Assembly (NCBI GenBank): GCA_026387335.1
Contig: JAPLLX010000003.1
Location: forward strand, 74,230-138,229
Length of the DNA stretch: 64,000 nucleotides
DNA from: Candidatus Omnitrophota bacterium
GTDB taxonomy: Bacteria; Omnitrophota; Gorgyraeia; Gygaellales; Profunditerraquicolaceae
Reading direction: 5' to 3'
Part shown: positions 46,841 through 57,734 of the stretch, piece by piece
Layout of the letters: every line of letters begins with the position of its first letter
Position numbering within the stretch: the stretch's first letter is position 1
Program-made: the position numbers and the translations under genes
The notes under the pieces: generated by a model
Database searches by the model: none
Told to the model about the DNA's origin: nothing
What the model saw: only the letters and a program-made list of their open reading frames with translations

Positions 46841-48417
46841 TGGTGTGCTTTATAATCTATCCCGGGGAAAATATTATCTTTGTATTCTATGTCTGCCAGC
46901 CAATCCTGGTCTATAGAATTGGATTTGATCTCTTCATAAAGCCGGTTAAACCTTAAAATGTGGTCTTTAGTCCGCCGCAGCGCGTATTCCGTATGGGTGC
47001 CGGTCCCCAGTATAAACGCCCAATCCGAGCTCTGGGCTAATAATAATTCGCGTAACGCCTGATTCAGCGCCCTTTTAGTCAAACCGTTTACTTGCGGATA
47101 ATTCTTCGCTAATTCCGTCATCTTTTCCGCGGCGACATGCAAATGCCGGTAGATCCAGTCATTTGTCCCCTGCAGCCACATCTCGCTATAACCCTTCCAT
47201 CCCCAGCTGGACATGGACGGAGTAATCACCTGATTGCGCGGATTTTCACTTAAGTATTCTGACGGCGTGGTCAGGCGGATCTCATCCTGGTCAAAAACTA
47301 TTTTTCGGATTAAAAACTCGATCCACATCGGTCCTTCATACCACCAGTGGCCGAATAATTCCGCGTCATACGGCGAAATAATAAGAGGTTTCTTCTGCAT
47401 AAAATCATACAGGTACTCCACCTGTTTCTGCCGGTTAAACATAAAGTTTCCGGCTTGCTGGGCCGCTTTATCGTGGGCCCGCTGCGGGTGATAAGCTTCT
47501 TTATGGTTACCTGAACCTGTAATGCGGAAATATTTTATCCCGGTATTGATCCTCACCCCATCCGGATGGATATAGGGCTTAATGTATTCATATTCCAGGT
47601 CAAAACCTATGTCCCGGTAAAACTCGCGGTAATTATAATCGCCGGGATAGCCTTCTATTGATGACCAGACCTGTTTTGAGGATTCCAGGTCCCTGGCAAA
47701 ACAGGCGACGCCCGTCCCCTTACAATACACCGGAGCGAATACCCCGTATTTTGGCCGGGGCGTTCCATGTAAAACTCCGTGAGCATCCGAGAAGAAGAAA
47801 CGTAAGCCCGCTTCTTTTAATATTTCATCCTGGCCCGGATAATATCCGCACTCCGGAAGCCAGATGCCGCGGGGTTTTCTTCCAAAGACACTCTCGTAAT
47901 GGCTGACCGCGACCTTGACCTGGGCCCGGACTGATTCCTTATGGATATCCATCAGCGGGAAATACCCGTGGGTCGCCCCGCAGGTGATGATCTCTAAATT
48001 TCCCAGATCCTGAAAATTCTTAAAAGCGCTGACTAAATTCCGGTTGTACCTTAAAAATGTATCCCGGGCCTTGGAAAACTCGGATAGATACATTAAGGCC
48101 AGGTTATGAAATTCAGGCTGCCAGCGGGTCCGCTCTATTTCTTTACGGGCCAATTCAATAAGTTTATTTATATGGTTGAGGTATCTCTCCTGAAGCAAAG
48201 CGTCGCTTAACATTGAGATCAATGTCGGGCTTAAGGTCAGGGTAATGCGGAAATTCACCTTATCCTGGACCAGCCTTTCAAAGACCATGATCAGCGGCAC
48301 ATAGGTCTCGGTAATGGCTTCATAGAGCCAGTCTTCTTCCAGGAAGTTTTCATGTTCAGGGTGGCGCACATACGGAAGATGGCCGTGTAAAACTAACGCA
48401 AGGTATCCTTTAGGCAT
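46837..48417 (-). CDS. Glycoside hydrolase family 57 protein (probable 1,4-alpha-glucan branching enzyme, GH57 type)
   Basis: 526 aa. The N-terminal 'LVLHGHLPYVRHPE' is typical of the GH57 catalytic domain and a C-terminal helical domain follows. Glycogen genes glgA and a DUF4912 gene lie nearby. Confidence 0.8.
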   Translation of the reverse strand: MPKGYLALVLHGHLPYVRHPEHENFLEEDWLYEAITETYVPLIMVFERLVQDKVNFRITLTLSPTLISMLSDALLQERYLNHINKLIELARKEIERTRWQPEFHNLALMYLSEFSKARDTFLRYNRNLVSAFKNFQDLGNLEIITCGATHGYFPLMDIHKESVRAQVKVAVSHYESVFGRKPRGIWLPECGYYPGQDEILKEAGLRFFFSDAHGVLHGTPRPKYGVFAPVYCKGTGVACFARDLESSKQVWSSIEGYPGDYNYREFYRDIGFDLEYEYIKPYIHPDGVRINTGIKYFRITGSGNHKEAYHPQRAHDKAAQQAGNFMFNRQKQVEYLYDFMQKKPLIISPYDAELFGHWWYEGPMWIEFLIRKIVFDQDEIRLTTPSEYLSENPRNQVITPSMSSWGWKGYSEMWLQGTNDWIYRHLHVAAEKMTELAKNYPQVNGLTKRALNQALRELLLAQSSDWAFILGTGTHTEYALRRTKDHILRFNRLYEEIKSNSIDQDWLADIEYKDNIFPGIDYKAHQ

Positions 48418-49349
48418 TATTTGGTTTCCCTCGTGACAATCGGTGTTATAACCCGGTTTTCCAGCTTATCCGCGGATACCGCTTTAACCGGAATAACCTG
48501 TTTTCCGTCGGGAAGAGCATAACGTAAAGTAAATGTCCCGTCCGGACGTAAATTTATGGGTTTAGCCTGAACAGTGACTTGCGCGTCCGGTTCAGTCGCT
48601 CCGTAAACGATCAATTCGCAATCAACCTTAAGCCAAAAACCTTTTTGCTGCGGCTTTTTTACCGGACTGGCCATAGAAGCCATTCCGGGAGAGCTGATAA
48701 TCCTCTGTCTCCAGGCCTTGCCCACGGGAGAACTTTTCCCCTGGCCAAAACCCATTCCGTAAAGCCGGGCGAACATATCGTCAGGGATCATCCATTCTTC
48801 ATCAGTGATCCAGGACGGCCCGTCTAAAGGCGTCTGCACTACATTAGAGCGCAATATGGTGATAAACCTTCCGTCGGATAAGATCAAACCTAAATCCACG
48901 CACCAGGATCTTCCGGGGTTGGCCGCGTCAATATACCAGTTATTGGCAAACTCATGGATCTGGATATCAAAGAAACGATTGGCGTTAGAGCCGTTGAAAA
49001 TAATGTTGGTTACATCATAAACCCGCAGGATCCGCCTGGCTTTATAGAATTCTTCTTTAAGTTCGGATTTTAATCTCTCGACGGTAGAATTATTGACCTC
49101 CCAATAAGTATACAGCCACCAGGGGTCGCGCACCATGAGGACCATTTTATCTACCCCGTATTGAGAAGGCAGTTCCTGAGGAAAAGTCCTGGCCATGCGC
49201 CGGGGGGCCTCGGGATGCGAAAACTTCGCTGTGCCGACGGCTATCTCCTGAGCATACAACGTTTCTTTCTTAAGTTCAATTTTAGGGCTGGCCTTAGCTC
49301 TGGATACCTTTACCCGTTTACTCTTTCTGGTTTTTCTGACTTTCGCCAT
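48417..49349 (-). CDS. DUF4912-family protein (commonly paired with GH57 branching enzymes)
   Basis: 310 aa. It has a basic N-terminus and a conserved core 'MVRDPWWLYTYWE'. It is adjacent to and co-oriented with the GH57 gene, with the stop and start sharing a base. Confidence 0.55.
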   Translation of the reverse strand: MAKVRKTRKSKRVKVSRAKASPKIELKKETLYAQEIAVGTAKFSHPEAPRRMARTFPQELPSQYGVDKMVLMVRDPWWLYTYWEVNNSTVERLKSELKEEFYKARRILRVYDVTNIIFNGSNANRFFDIQIHEFANNWYIDAANPGRSWCVDLGLILSDGRFITILRSNVVQTPLDGPSWITDEEWMIPDDMFARLYGMGFGQGKSSPVGKAWRQRIISSPGMASMASPVKKPQQKGFWLKVDCELIVYGATEPDAQVTVQAKPINLRPDGTFTLRYALPDGKQVIPVKAVSADKLENRVITPIVTRETK

Positions 49350-49374
49350 GGCTACCTCCTTAGTCCCTGTTAAT

Positions 49375-49402
49375 AAAAAAGGGGAGATTATCCCCTTTTT
49401 TT
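49375..49402 (-). terminator. Rho-independent terminator (A-tract, GGGGA stem, gatta loop, U-tract) after the 49437-49811 gene. The hairpin is symmetric, so it could act bidirectionally
   Basis: aaaaaaGGGGAgattaTCCCCttttttt. On the minus-sense RNA the stem is followed by UUUUUUAUU. It lies between the stop of the upstream gene (49437) and the RBS/ATG of the DUF4912 gene (49349). Confidence 0.55.
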
Positions 49403-49436
49403 AAGAACTGTCTGACTGTTCTTTTACCCCCTTATT

Positions 49437-49811
49437 TCATTTCTTAGCCTTTTTATTAGTCGTCAATGCCTTCTTTAATTCTTCCTCTAAGGCTTCATTA
49501 ACTTTAGTCACTTTCTGTAAATCTTCTTTGAGGCTTTTATCTATCAGTTGTTCCTGAATTAACGCTTTTTTAGTGACCTGATGCGCGGCGACTTCATCAT
49601 CCAACTCTTTCTGTATACCTTTGAGCTTCTCTGAAGAGATCGCGTTATCCTGAGCAGCCTTGCTCATCTTCTCTTCAATTTCCATCCTCTGCAGCATCTC
49701 CTTCTTACGCAGAGAATCCTGCTTATAAACATTAGCGCAGGAAGCTATATTAAAAATAAAAAGAACCAGGGTCACCGCGGCTAAAATTATTAAGACTCTA
49801 TTCTTATCCAT
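49437..49811 (-). CDS. Small coiled-coil lipoprotein/membrane-anchored protein (hypothetical)
   Basis: 124 aa. It has an N-terminal hydrophobic anchor with a possible lipobox (NIASC), then an E/K-rich coiled coil. Confidence 0.4.
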   Translation of the reverse strand: MDKNRVLIILAAVTLVLFIFNIASCANVYKQDSLRKKEMLQRMEIEEKMSKAAQDNAISSEKLKGIQKELDDEVAAHQVTKKALIQEQLIDKSLKEDLQKVTKVNEALEEELKKALTTNKKAKK

Positions 49812-49846
49812 ACCTTGACCTCTCTTCCCCCGCTAAAGCCGCTTAA

Positions 49847-50500
49847 CTATTTAAGATTTTCTTTTGGCTCCATAAGCCCGGATTCTTCTACTTGGGCCTT
49901 GCCTTCTTTAACTTTGGTCACTTTAGGCTGAATAACGATTTCAACCCTGCGGTTTAGCTTACGGCCTGCGCTTGTCGCGTTGGTATCAACCGGCCGATAC
50001 TCGCCGAAGCCAATAGCGGAAAGGCGCTCCGGGGATACTCCTTTATCATTGACTAAAAAGTGCAGCACGCTTAAAGAGCGGGCAGTAGATAGCTCCCAAT
50101 TGGATTTCCATCCTGAATGCTTGATCGGAACATTATCAGTATAGCCCTCTATGCCGATATTGAAATTGGCCATATTGTCTTTTAAAACAGTAGCCACCTT
50201 ATCCAGGAGCGGATAAGCCTCCTGTCTGATTTTAGCCTTACCGGAATCAAAAAGCAGGTCTCCGACTACGGTGATAACCAGGCCTTTCTCCATCATCTGC
50301 AACTTGACCTGTTTATCGTTAATCTCCTGGCCTAACCTGTCTTCCAGAAGTTTTTTAGCCTGCGCTAGATCATCTAACTGTTGAGAAAGTTCCTCAATCT
50401 TTTGTTTATCCGAACGCCTGCCGCTCTGAAAGATAAAAGTACAACCTGCCAACGCCAAACCCAGAAGAACGATTAAACCGATTTGCCATATTTTTTTCAT
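49847..50500 (-). CDS. OmpA/MotB-family peptidoglycan-associated lipoprotein
   Basis: 217 aa. It has a signal peptide plus lipobox (LALAGC), a coiled-coil linker and a C-terminal OmpA-like domain ('FDSGKAKI...NRRVEIVI'). Confidence 0.7.
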   Translation of the reverse strand: MKKIWQIGLIVLLGLALAGCTFIFQSGRRSDKQKIEELSQQLDDLAQAKKLLEDRLGQEINDKQVKLQMMEKGLVITVVGDLLFDSGKAKIRQEAYPLLDKVATVLKDNMANFNIGIEGYTDNVPIKHSGWKSNWELSTARSLSVLHFLVNDKGVSPERLSAIGFGEYRPVDTNATSAGRKLNRRVEIVIQPKVTKVKEGKAQVEESGLMEPKENLK

Positions 50501-50549
50501 ATCTCACCTCTCCTTTTATTAGAAAGTTACTATAACACAAGCCTAAATC

Positions 50550-51833
<1,284 letters not shown>

Positions 51834-51837
51834 TTAA

Positions 51838-53091
51838 TTACGGAGTCATGGTAAATATTTTTCGGGCAATATCCGGGTATTTAGCCACAAATTTCAGCTC
51901 TTCATCCACCAAAGGCTTTTGATTATGCACATTGGCATAGCGGACTAATTCCAAAACCTTGACTGCTTCGGCATCGTCTTTAAAAACAAGTTCCAATTTA
52001 TCCGAGACGTTCCTAAAGCCCTTGATCCCGGAATATTCTCCGGCGGTGATCTTGCGCCCGGTATCAATTATCTCGGGCTCACCCCGGCCTAATTCCTCGT
52101 AATCATAAAGTTCATAATTGCGCCTGTCTTTAAGCGCGCCATCGGCATGTATTCCGGATTCATGGGCAAAGGCGTTAGAGCCTACGCCCGGCTGGTTTAT
52201 CGGGATAGGAACCCCGAAGGCGTAAGAGGCGTATTTACAAATCTTCCAGGCCACCTTAAGGTCCACCTTTTCATCAAGAGAATAATCTTTCATGTCGTTG
52301 CCGTATTTTATGGCCAAAATCACGGAAACCAAATCCGCGTTCCCCGCGCGCTCGCCCATCCCATTCACACAGGTATTGATATAGGCGTCGCTTCCGGAGT
52401 CATTTGCCGCTTTTGCCCCGGCTATTGAATTCGCCACGACTAACCCTAAGTCATTATGACAGTGGACCTCAATGGGAATATTCACCGCTTTAGCCAATAG
52501 CTTTATTCTTTCATAGATTGAAAATGTGGTATCGCAGCCTAACGTATCACAATAACGAATTCTGCTGGCTCCGGCAACTTTCGCCGCTTGCGCAAATTCA
52601 ATCAGGTAATCTATATTTGTCCGGGAGGCGTCTTCGGCGTTTGTCCCCACGGACTCAGCTCCTAAACGCAACGCTTCCTTGACTGCTTCCACCATCTCTT
52701 TGATTACCGATTGATGGTCCAGTTTGCCTTTAAATTTATGAATAATCATCTGGTCCGAAGTGGATATGGAAAGATTCACGTGTTTTAACTGCGGAACAAG
52801 TTTAAAAGCGGCCTTAACATCATCCCGCGTAGCCCGTAGCCAGCCGCCCAGCCTTATCGGAGAAAGCGCGCCTAACTTTACCAGTTCAAGGTTAGCGTTT
52901 AAGTAATTTGTTTCATGGCGGGTAAGCGGAAAACCGAACTCCGACTGGAATACACCCATCTCATTAAGATACATATTAATCATGGTCTTCTGCAGCTTAG
53001 AAAGGCAGATACGCGATGTCTGCACGCCGTCCCGGTTAGTTACGTCAATCAGATAAATTTTAGGTTTAGCCATAATCAACTCCTTAAACAA
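51838..53091 (-). CDS. HMGL-like DRE-TIM aldolase family: homocitrate / (R)-citramalate / 2-isopropylmalate synthase homolog, short form without the LeuA C-terminal regulatory domain
   Basis: 417 aa. 'DVTNRDGVQ' N-terminus and 'HCHNDLGL' metal-binding motif. At 417 aa it resembles NifV or short CimA-type enzymes rather than long LeuA. Confidence 0.75.
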   Translation of the reverse strand: MFKELIMAKPKIYLIDVTNRDGVQTSRICLSKLQKTMINMYLNEMGVFQSEFGFPLTRHETNYLNANLELVKLGALSPIRLGGWLRATRDDVKAAFKLVPQLKHVNLSISTSDQMIIHKFKGKLDHQSVIKEMVEAVKEALRLGAESVGTNAEDASRTNIDYLIEFAQAAKVAGASRIRYCDTLGCDTTFSIYERIKLLAKAVNIPIEVHCHNDLGLVVANSIAGAKAANDSGSDAYINTCVNGMGERAGNADLVSVILAIKYGNDMKDYSLDEKVDLKVAWKICKYASYAFGVPIPINQPGVGSNAFAHESGIHADGALKDRRNYELYDYEELGRGEPEIIDTGRKITAGEYSGIKGFRNVSDKLELVFKDDAEAVKVLELVRYANVHNQKPLVDEELKFVAKYPDIARKIFTMTP

Positions 53092-53101
53092 GCGCTGCCT
53101 T

Positions 53102-53193
53102 GATTTCGATATGCCTCTGGCGTTTATATCGAAATCACACTTGCCTCTGGCAAGTGCAAGGATACGCTTGTTTACTCCGCGCTATGCGCGGAG
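53102..53193 (-). promoter_or_regulatory. Hairpin-rich 5' leader of the leuA-family gene (three stem-loops; TGCCTCTGGC repeated in two loops)
   Basis: gatttcgatat/atatcgaaatc (53102-53136), cacttgcc/ggcaagtg (53138-53156) and ctccgcgc-tat-gcgcggag (53175-53193) lie between the gene start (53091) and the upstream gene stop (53201). Confidence 0.3.
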
Positions 53194-53200
53194 CTTATTG

Positions 53201-54952
53201 TTATTTTTTAATTATCTTCTTCAATTCCTTTTTTGACGGCGCGCCCTTAGAAGAAAAGATACTCTGGTTATCCAAAAGATACGCCGGGCCGAACATAATT
53301 TTAAGGTCCTGGGCCAACTTAGAATTTTCTTTTAATAACGCCTTGCCTTCATCATTCCTCGCGCAAGATTTTATCTTATTCAGGTCCATTTTGACGGCGC
53401 AATCCTCCCACCAGGAACTCTCAATATTGCTCGCCCTACAGGTAATATAGCCCCAGAAATTATCCGGGTAATATTTCTGCACGCACACTGCGCGCAAATC
53501 TTCCTCCACTTCGGCTTTTCCCCGCAAGGCTTCAATTTTATCGTTGTTGACAATGGTCAAGAAATGCAGCACCGGATTAAATTCCTGGATTACTTTTAAA
53601 ACCTCGGCGCTCTCTTTTCCAAACAAGCTTATGAATAAATCTAACTTTCCTTTGATCTCAGCGCGCTTAAGAAAGTAAGCAACTCCGCTGACCTGCGGAT
53701 CTAACATATAATAATCGCCTTTATCCGTCAGGCTGGCCTTCAGGTTCTTAAAATTCTTTTCTTTATCTATTTCTTTGCCCAAAAGATATACGGGTAAACC
53801 CGCTACAGGCGTATTTAAACCCTCCAGGATCTTAGTTGCTTTTGTATCCGCATAATATATATAGGAGGTTTCCAGACCCGGAAATTCTTTCTTAAGAAAA
53901 TTAACTACCGGCTTGGGATTACAGGTCAGACAATCCTTTACGGTGATCACGGTAAGATTTATCTTAGCTGCTTCACTGAATAAGCAGCTTGCCTGCGCCT
54001 CGCCGGCATCCTGGCAGGTTCCAATCAAGCCTTCTTTTTTACAATCGCCATCCGCGAAACAACGCGGAAGTATTTTAAGGAGACCGGGGTCATCAACCAG
54101 TTTATCCGAAACCCGTATTTCTTCCGCGCTAACATTACCAATTTTGCCTCCCCTGATATTTAAAACAGCTTTACCCAGGCGGCGAGCCTGCCTGGCCGGC
54201 CTTAAAATAACAGTATTGCCGGACCGGATAAACGCTTCCACCCCTGAACGGTTATAGCCGTCGATAACCACGGATATCCCCGGAACCTCTTTGATTATCT
54301 TTAAGTCCTCATCTTCTCCTAAATTACTTAAAAGGATGATCAGGGTTACGCCTTTTTTCTGCAGCTCCCGCACGGATGCTGCCAGAGAAGCCCTGGATTC
54401 CAGGAATTTTAGGTCCCCGGACTTTTGTTTCGCCAGAGGATTAGTCAGGCCGATAATCCCGGTCTTCAAGCCGGCTACTTCCCTGATAATATAGGGGACA
54501 GTTTTAGCAAATTTTAAATTAGAAGAAACAAAATTCAATTTTACTTTAGCTATATTTTCCTCAAAAAAACCTTTTCCAAAATTAAACTCATCCTGGCTAA
54601 CCGCCAGGGCGTCATATTGCATCAATTCCATAGCCCGCAGGTTAAGGCTAGCCCTAAGCATATCCAGTTGCGTATTCTGCGTATATTGATCCGCTAACCC
54701 TCCGCTAAAGAAATTTCCTGAATCTAAAAGCAGCGAGTCAGGATATTGTTTCCTTAACTGCTGGATTAAAGTTGCGCGGCGGGCTACTCCTCCGTCCGGC
54801 TCCACAGGACAGGAACAGGGATAGAGCATAGCGTGAGTCTCGCCGGTATAAATAAGGGTTATCTGCTTATCTTTAGCGTAAGCGCAAACTACCGCCGCTG
54901 AAAATAAACTGTAGGCCATCGCCGCTAAAATCAGCAAAATCACCTTCTTCAT
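53201..54952 (-). CDS. Secreted calcineurin-like metallophosphoesterase / 5'-nucleotidase-family protein with a Cys-containing C-terminal extension
   Basis: 583 aa. It has a signal peptide. 'LIYTGETHAMLYPCSC...LLLDSGNFFSGG' is reminiscent of bifunctional metallophosphatase/5'-nucleotidase N-domains. The C-terminal about 200 aa has several CxxC-like pairs. Confidence 0.6.
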   Translation of the reverse strand: MKKVILLILAAMAYSLFSAAVVCAYAKDKQITLIYTGETHAMLYPCSCPVEPDGGVARRATLIQQLRKQYPDSLLLDSGNFFSGGLADQYTQNTQLDMLRASLNLRAMELMQYDALAVSQDEFNFGKGFFEENIAKVKLNFVSSNLKFAKTVPYIIREVAGLKTGIIGLTNPLAKQKSGDLKFLESRASLAASVRELQKKGVTLIILLSNLGEDEDLKIIKEVPGISVVIDGYNRSGVEAFIRSGNTVILRPARQARRLGKAVLNIRGGKIGNVSAEEIRVSDKLVDDPGLLKILPRCFADGDCKKEGLIGTCQDAGEAQASCLFSEAAKINLTVITVKDCLTCNPKPVVNFLKKEFPGLETSYIYYADTKATKILEGLNTPVAGLPVYLLGKEIDKEKNFKNLKASLTDKGDYYMLDPQVSGVAYFLKRAEIKGKLDLFISLFGKESAEVLKVIQEFNPVLHFLTIVNNDKIEALRGKAEVEEDLRAVCVQKYYPDNFWGYITCRASNIESSWWEDCAVKMDLNKIKSCARNDEGKALLKENSKLAQDLKIMFGPAYLLDNQSIFSSKGAPSKKELKKIIKK

Positions 54953-56535
54953 ACTTTAATACCTTTTACAGTTAAGATGTTCTCCAACTTCTTGATCTTT
55001 TCGGCCAACTCAACCGATACCGGGCTATCCACATTTAAAACACTGATCGCCTTGCCTCCCGGCTTATCCCGGCCAAAAGTCATAGCGGCAATATTTACGC
55101 TGTTTTTGCCTAAAACTGTGCCCAGGTTTCCGATAAGGCCCGGCTTATCCCAGTTTTCAATATAGATCATTTCTCCGACCGGATAAAGCTCCACATAATA
55201 TTCGTCTATTTTGACGATTCTGGCCTGTTTATTCCCGGAAAGAGTCCCCCAGATCACCCTGGTCTCTTTGTCTGTTTTTAACGCCAGCTTGATAAGATTA
55301 ACAAACTCTTCCTCCTTGGAAGACTTTGCCTCTTTAATTTTTATCCCTCTCTCCTTGGCCAAAGAAACCGCGTTGATGAAATTTACGGTCTCTTTTAATA
55401 TCGGAGAAAGCAAGCCCTTAGAGAGAGACATAGTAAGCGGGCTTAAGTCATAGGTGGCGATCTCTCCGCTATAGCTTATATCCAGCTCCTGGAACCTTCC
55501 TGCAACCAGTTGAGCCGCGAATACTCCCATTTTTTCAGCCAAAATAATATAAGGATTAAGCATCTTGCAAGCTTCCGCCTCTAAGCAGGGATAATTTGCG
55601 GCATTGCGTATTCCTTTGCCTAAAAGCGCATCGCGCACAATTTCAGCCACTTCAATCGCCACATTGACCTGCGCCTCTTCTGTAGAAGCCCCCAGATGCG
55701 GGGTAACAATCACATTATCCAGTTTTAAAAGTTCAGAATCAACGCTAATCGGTTCTTTTTCAAAAACATCCAAAGCCGCGCCGGCGACCTTTCCTTCTTT
55801 GATAGCCTCCGCTAAGGCCGCTTCATCCACAATCCCGCCTCTGGCGCAATTAATAACACGCACTCCTTTTTTCATTATGGCAAATTGCTTAGTTGATATC
55901 ATATGCCTAGTCTCTTCGGTCAAAGGGGTGTGCACCGTAATATAATCCGACTGCTCAAATAACTCTTTTAATTCCACTACCTCAATACCCAAAGATTCGG
56001 CGATCTCCCGGGATAAGAACGGGTCATACGCTTTAACCCGCATACCAAAAGACAAGGCCCTCTTGGCTACTTCTTTGCCTATTCTGCCAAAACCGACTAC
56101 CCCTAGGACCTTACCGTAAAGCTCGACACCCATAAACTTTGCCCGTTTCCATTCGCCTTTCTTGGTCGAGGCGCTGGCCTGGGGGATATTTCTGGAAAGG
56201 GAAAGAATCATACTGACTGCGTGCTCGGCGGTAGAAATGGTATTGCCGGCGGGAGTATTCATAACAATGATGCCTTTTTGCGTAGCGGCATCCAGATCCA
56301 CATTATCCAGGCCAACGCCGGCGCGGCCGATTATTTTTAATTTATCGGCAGCCTCAATGATATCCCTGGTGACCTTGGTGGCGCTCCTTACCAAAAGAGC
56401 CTCATAATTCTTAATTACTCCTTTTAGCTCCTCGGGTTTTAAATCTGTTTTCACGTCAACCTGAAATTCTTTAACTTCTTTGAGGATTTTTAATCCCTCT
56501 TCGGATAACTGGTCGCTGACTAAAATCTTAATCAT
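54949..56535 (-). CDS. serA: D-3-phosphoglycerate dehydrogenase (with C-terminal ACT domain)
   Basis: 528 aa. It has the 2-hydroxyacid dehydrogenase NAD-binding 'GVVGFGRIGKEVA', the catalytic 'TPHLGAST' and a C-terminal ASB plus ACT region. Confidence 0.9.
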   Translation of the reverse strand: MIKILVSDQLSEEGLKILKEVKEFQVDVKTDLKPEELKGVIKNYEALLVRSATKVTRDIIEAADKLKIIGRAGVGLDNVDLDAATQKGIIVMNTPAGNTISTAEHAVSMILSLSRNIPQASASTKKGEWKRAKFMGVELYGKVLGVVGFGRIGKEVAKRALSFGMRVKAYDPFLSREIAESLGIEVVELKELFEQSDYITVHTPLTEETRHMISTKQFAIMKKGVRVINCARGGIVDEAALAEAIKEGKVAGAALDVFEKEPISVDSELLKLDNVIVTPHLGASTEEAQVNVAIEVAEIVRDALLGKGIRNAANYPCLEAEACKMLNPYIILAEKMGVFAAQLVAGRFQELDISYSGEIATYDLSPLTMSLSKGLLSPILKETVNFINAVSLAKERGIKIKEAKSSKEEEFVNLIKLALKTDKETRVIWGTLSGNKQARIVKIDEYYVELYPVGEMIYIENWDKPGLIGNLGTVLGKNSVNIAAMTFGRDKPGGKAISVLNVDSPVSVELAEKIKKLENILTVKGIKV

Positions 56536-56550
56536 TGTTGGCTCCTTAAT

Positions 56551-57687
56551 TTATTTCAAAAATATTTCTTCGGCCGCCTTAACCCCCGTACCCATTTGGA
56601 ATTTATACCCCATCTGGGTGAGGACTTTTTCCAAACAGGAAATACCTGTGATTATATCAAACTCCTCAATAAAACCCATATGCGCGAACCTGAAGATCTT
56701 GCCTTTTAATTCCTCCTGGCCGCCAGCGATAGTGACGCCGTAAGTATCGCGCATGGTTTTAACCAGCTTTTCTCCGTCAAGGCCGGCAGGAACCTTAACT
56801 GCGGTAACCACATCCGACCCATCAAGCGGAGCAAATAATTCCAAGCCCAAAGCCTTAACCGCTGCCCGGGTCGCTTCCGCTAATTTTCTATGCCTGGCAA
56901 AAACTACCTCCAGGCCGTCCTGCTTAATCATCTTAAGCGCTTCATTCAGGGCAACGACTAAAGTAATGGCCGGAGTAAACGGGGTATCGATCTTATCAAA
57001 GGCTTTTTTAACTTTCTTTAAATCAAAATAGTAACGCGGGCTTTTAGAATTCTCAATTAACTTGGCTGCCTTAGGACTTAAAGAGAGAAAACCTAAACCC
57101 GGAGGAAGCATAAGCCCTTTCTGCGAACCGCTGACCACAATATCGCAGGACCAGTCATCTGTCTTTAAATCAATCGCGCCCAGCCCGCTGATAGCGTCAA
57201 CCACTAATACCGCTGGTGTATCTTTTATCAGACGGCCGCAGGAAGCAATATCACTGACTACGCCGGTAGAAGTTTCGCAAAGGGTGGTAAATACCGCTTT
57301 TATTTTAGGGTTGGCCTTTAATCTTTTTTCTAATTCCGCCGGCTTAACCGCTTGACCCCATTCCACATCCAGGACTTCAGTACTTATCCCGTAGCTTTTA
57401 CAAATTTCCGTCCATCTCTCGCCGAATTTACCGGCCTGGACGACCAAAGCCGTATCTTGAGGAGATAAAATATTGACTACTGCCGCCTCCATCGCGCCGG
57501 TCCCTGAAGAAGTCAAAATAAAAACATCGTTCTTAGTCTGAAATACATATTTCAGTCCTTCGCTAGCCTCTTTTAACATTGCCTGGAACTGCGGGGTACG
57601 GTGGTGGATAATGGGACGGGCCATCGCCGCGCGAACCTCAGGCGGAAGAGGTGTCGGCCCCGGGGTCAATAAATAATTCTTACGCAT
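56551..57687 (-). CDS. serC: Class V aminotransferase (AGXT-type; probable phosphoserine aminotransferase acting with the adjacent serA)
   Basis: 378 aa. 'LLTPGPTPLPPEV' N-terminus and the PLP Lys region 'VSGSQKGLMLPPGLG' are typical of the serine-pyruvate/phosphoserine aminotransferase subfamily. Confidence 0.7.
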   Translation of the reverse strand: MRKNYLLTPGPTPLPPEVRAAMARPIIHHRTPQFQAMLKEASEGLKYVFQTKNDVFILTSSGTGAMEAAVVNILSPQDTALVVQAGKFGERWTEICKSYGISTEVLDVEWGQAVKPAELEKRLKANPKIKAVFTTLCETSTGVVSDIASCGRLIKDTPAVLVVDAISGLGAIDLKTDDWSCDIVVSGSQKGLMLPPGLGFLSLSPKAAKLIENSKSPRYYFDLKKVKKAFDKIDTPFTPAITLVVALNEALKMIKQDGLEVVFARHRKLAEATRAAVKALGLELFAPLDGSDVVTAVKVPAGLDGEKLVKTMRDTYGVTIAGGQEELKGKIFRFAHMGFIEEFDIITGISCLEKVLTQMGYKFQMGTGVKAAEEIFLK

Positions 57688-57734
57688 CTTTCTTGTCCTC
57701 CTTGAATAATTAAACTATTTTAGTTTTGTTAATC

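Noticed and set aside
53175-53210. Rho-independent terminator for the 53201-54952 gene
   Set aside because: The GC stem (ctccgcgc/gcgcggag) is followed by a T-tract only on the plus strand. On the minus (coding) strand the stem is preceded by the A-tract and followed by uaaacaagcg. It is therefore more likely part of the downstream leader than a terminator for the minus-strand gene.
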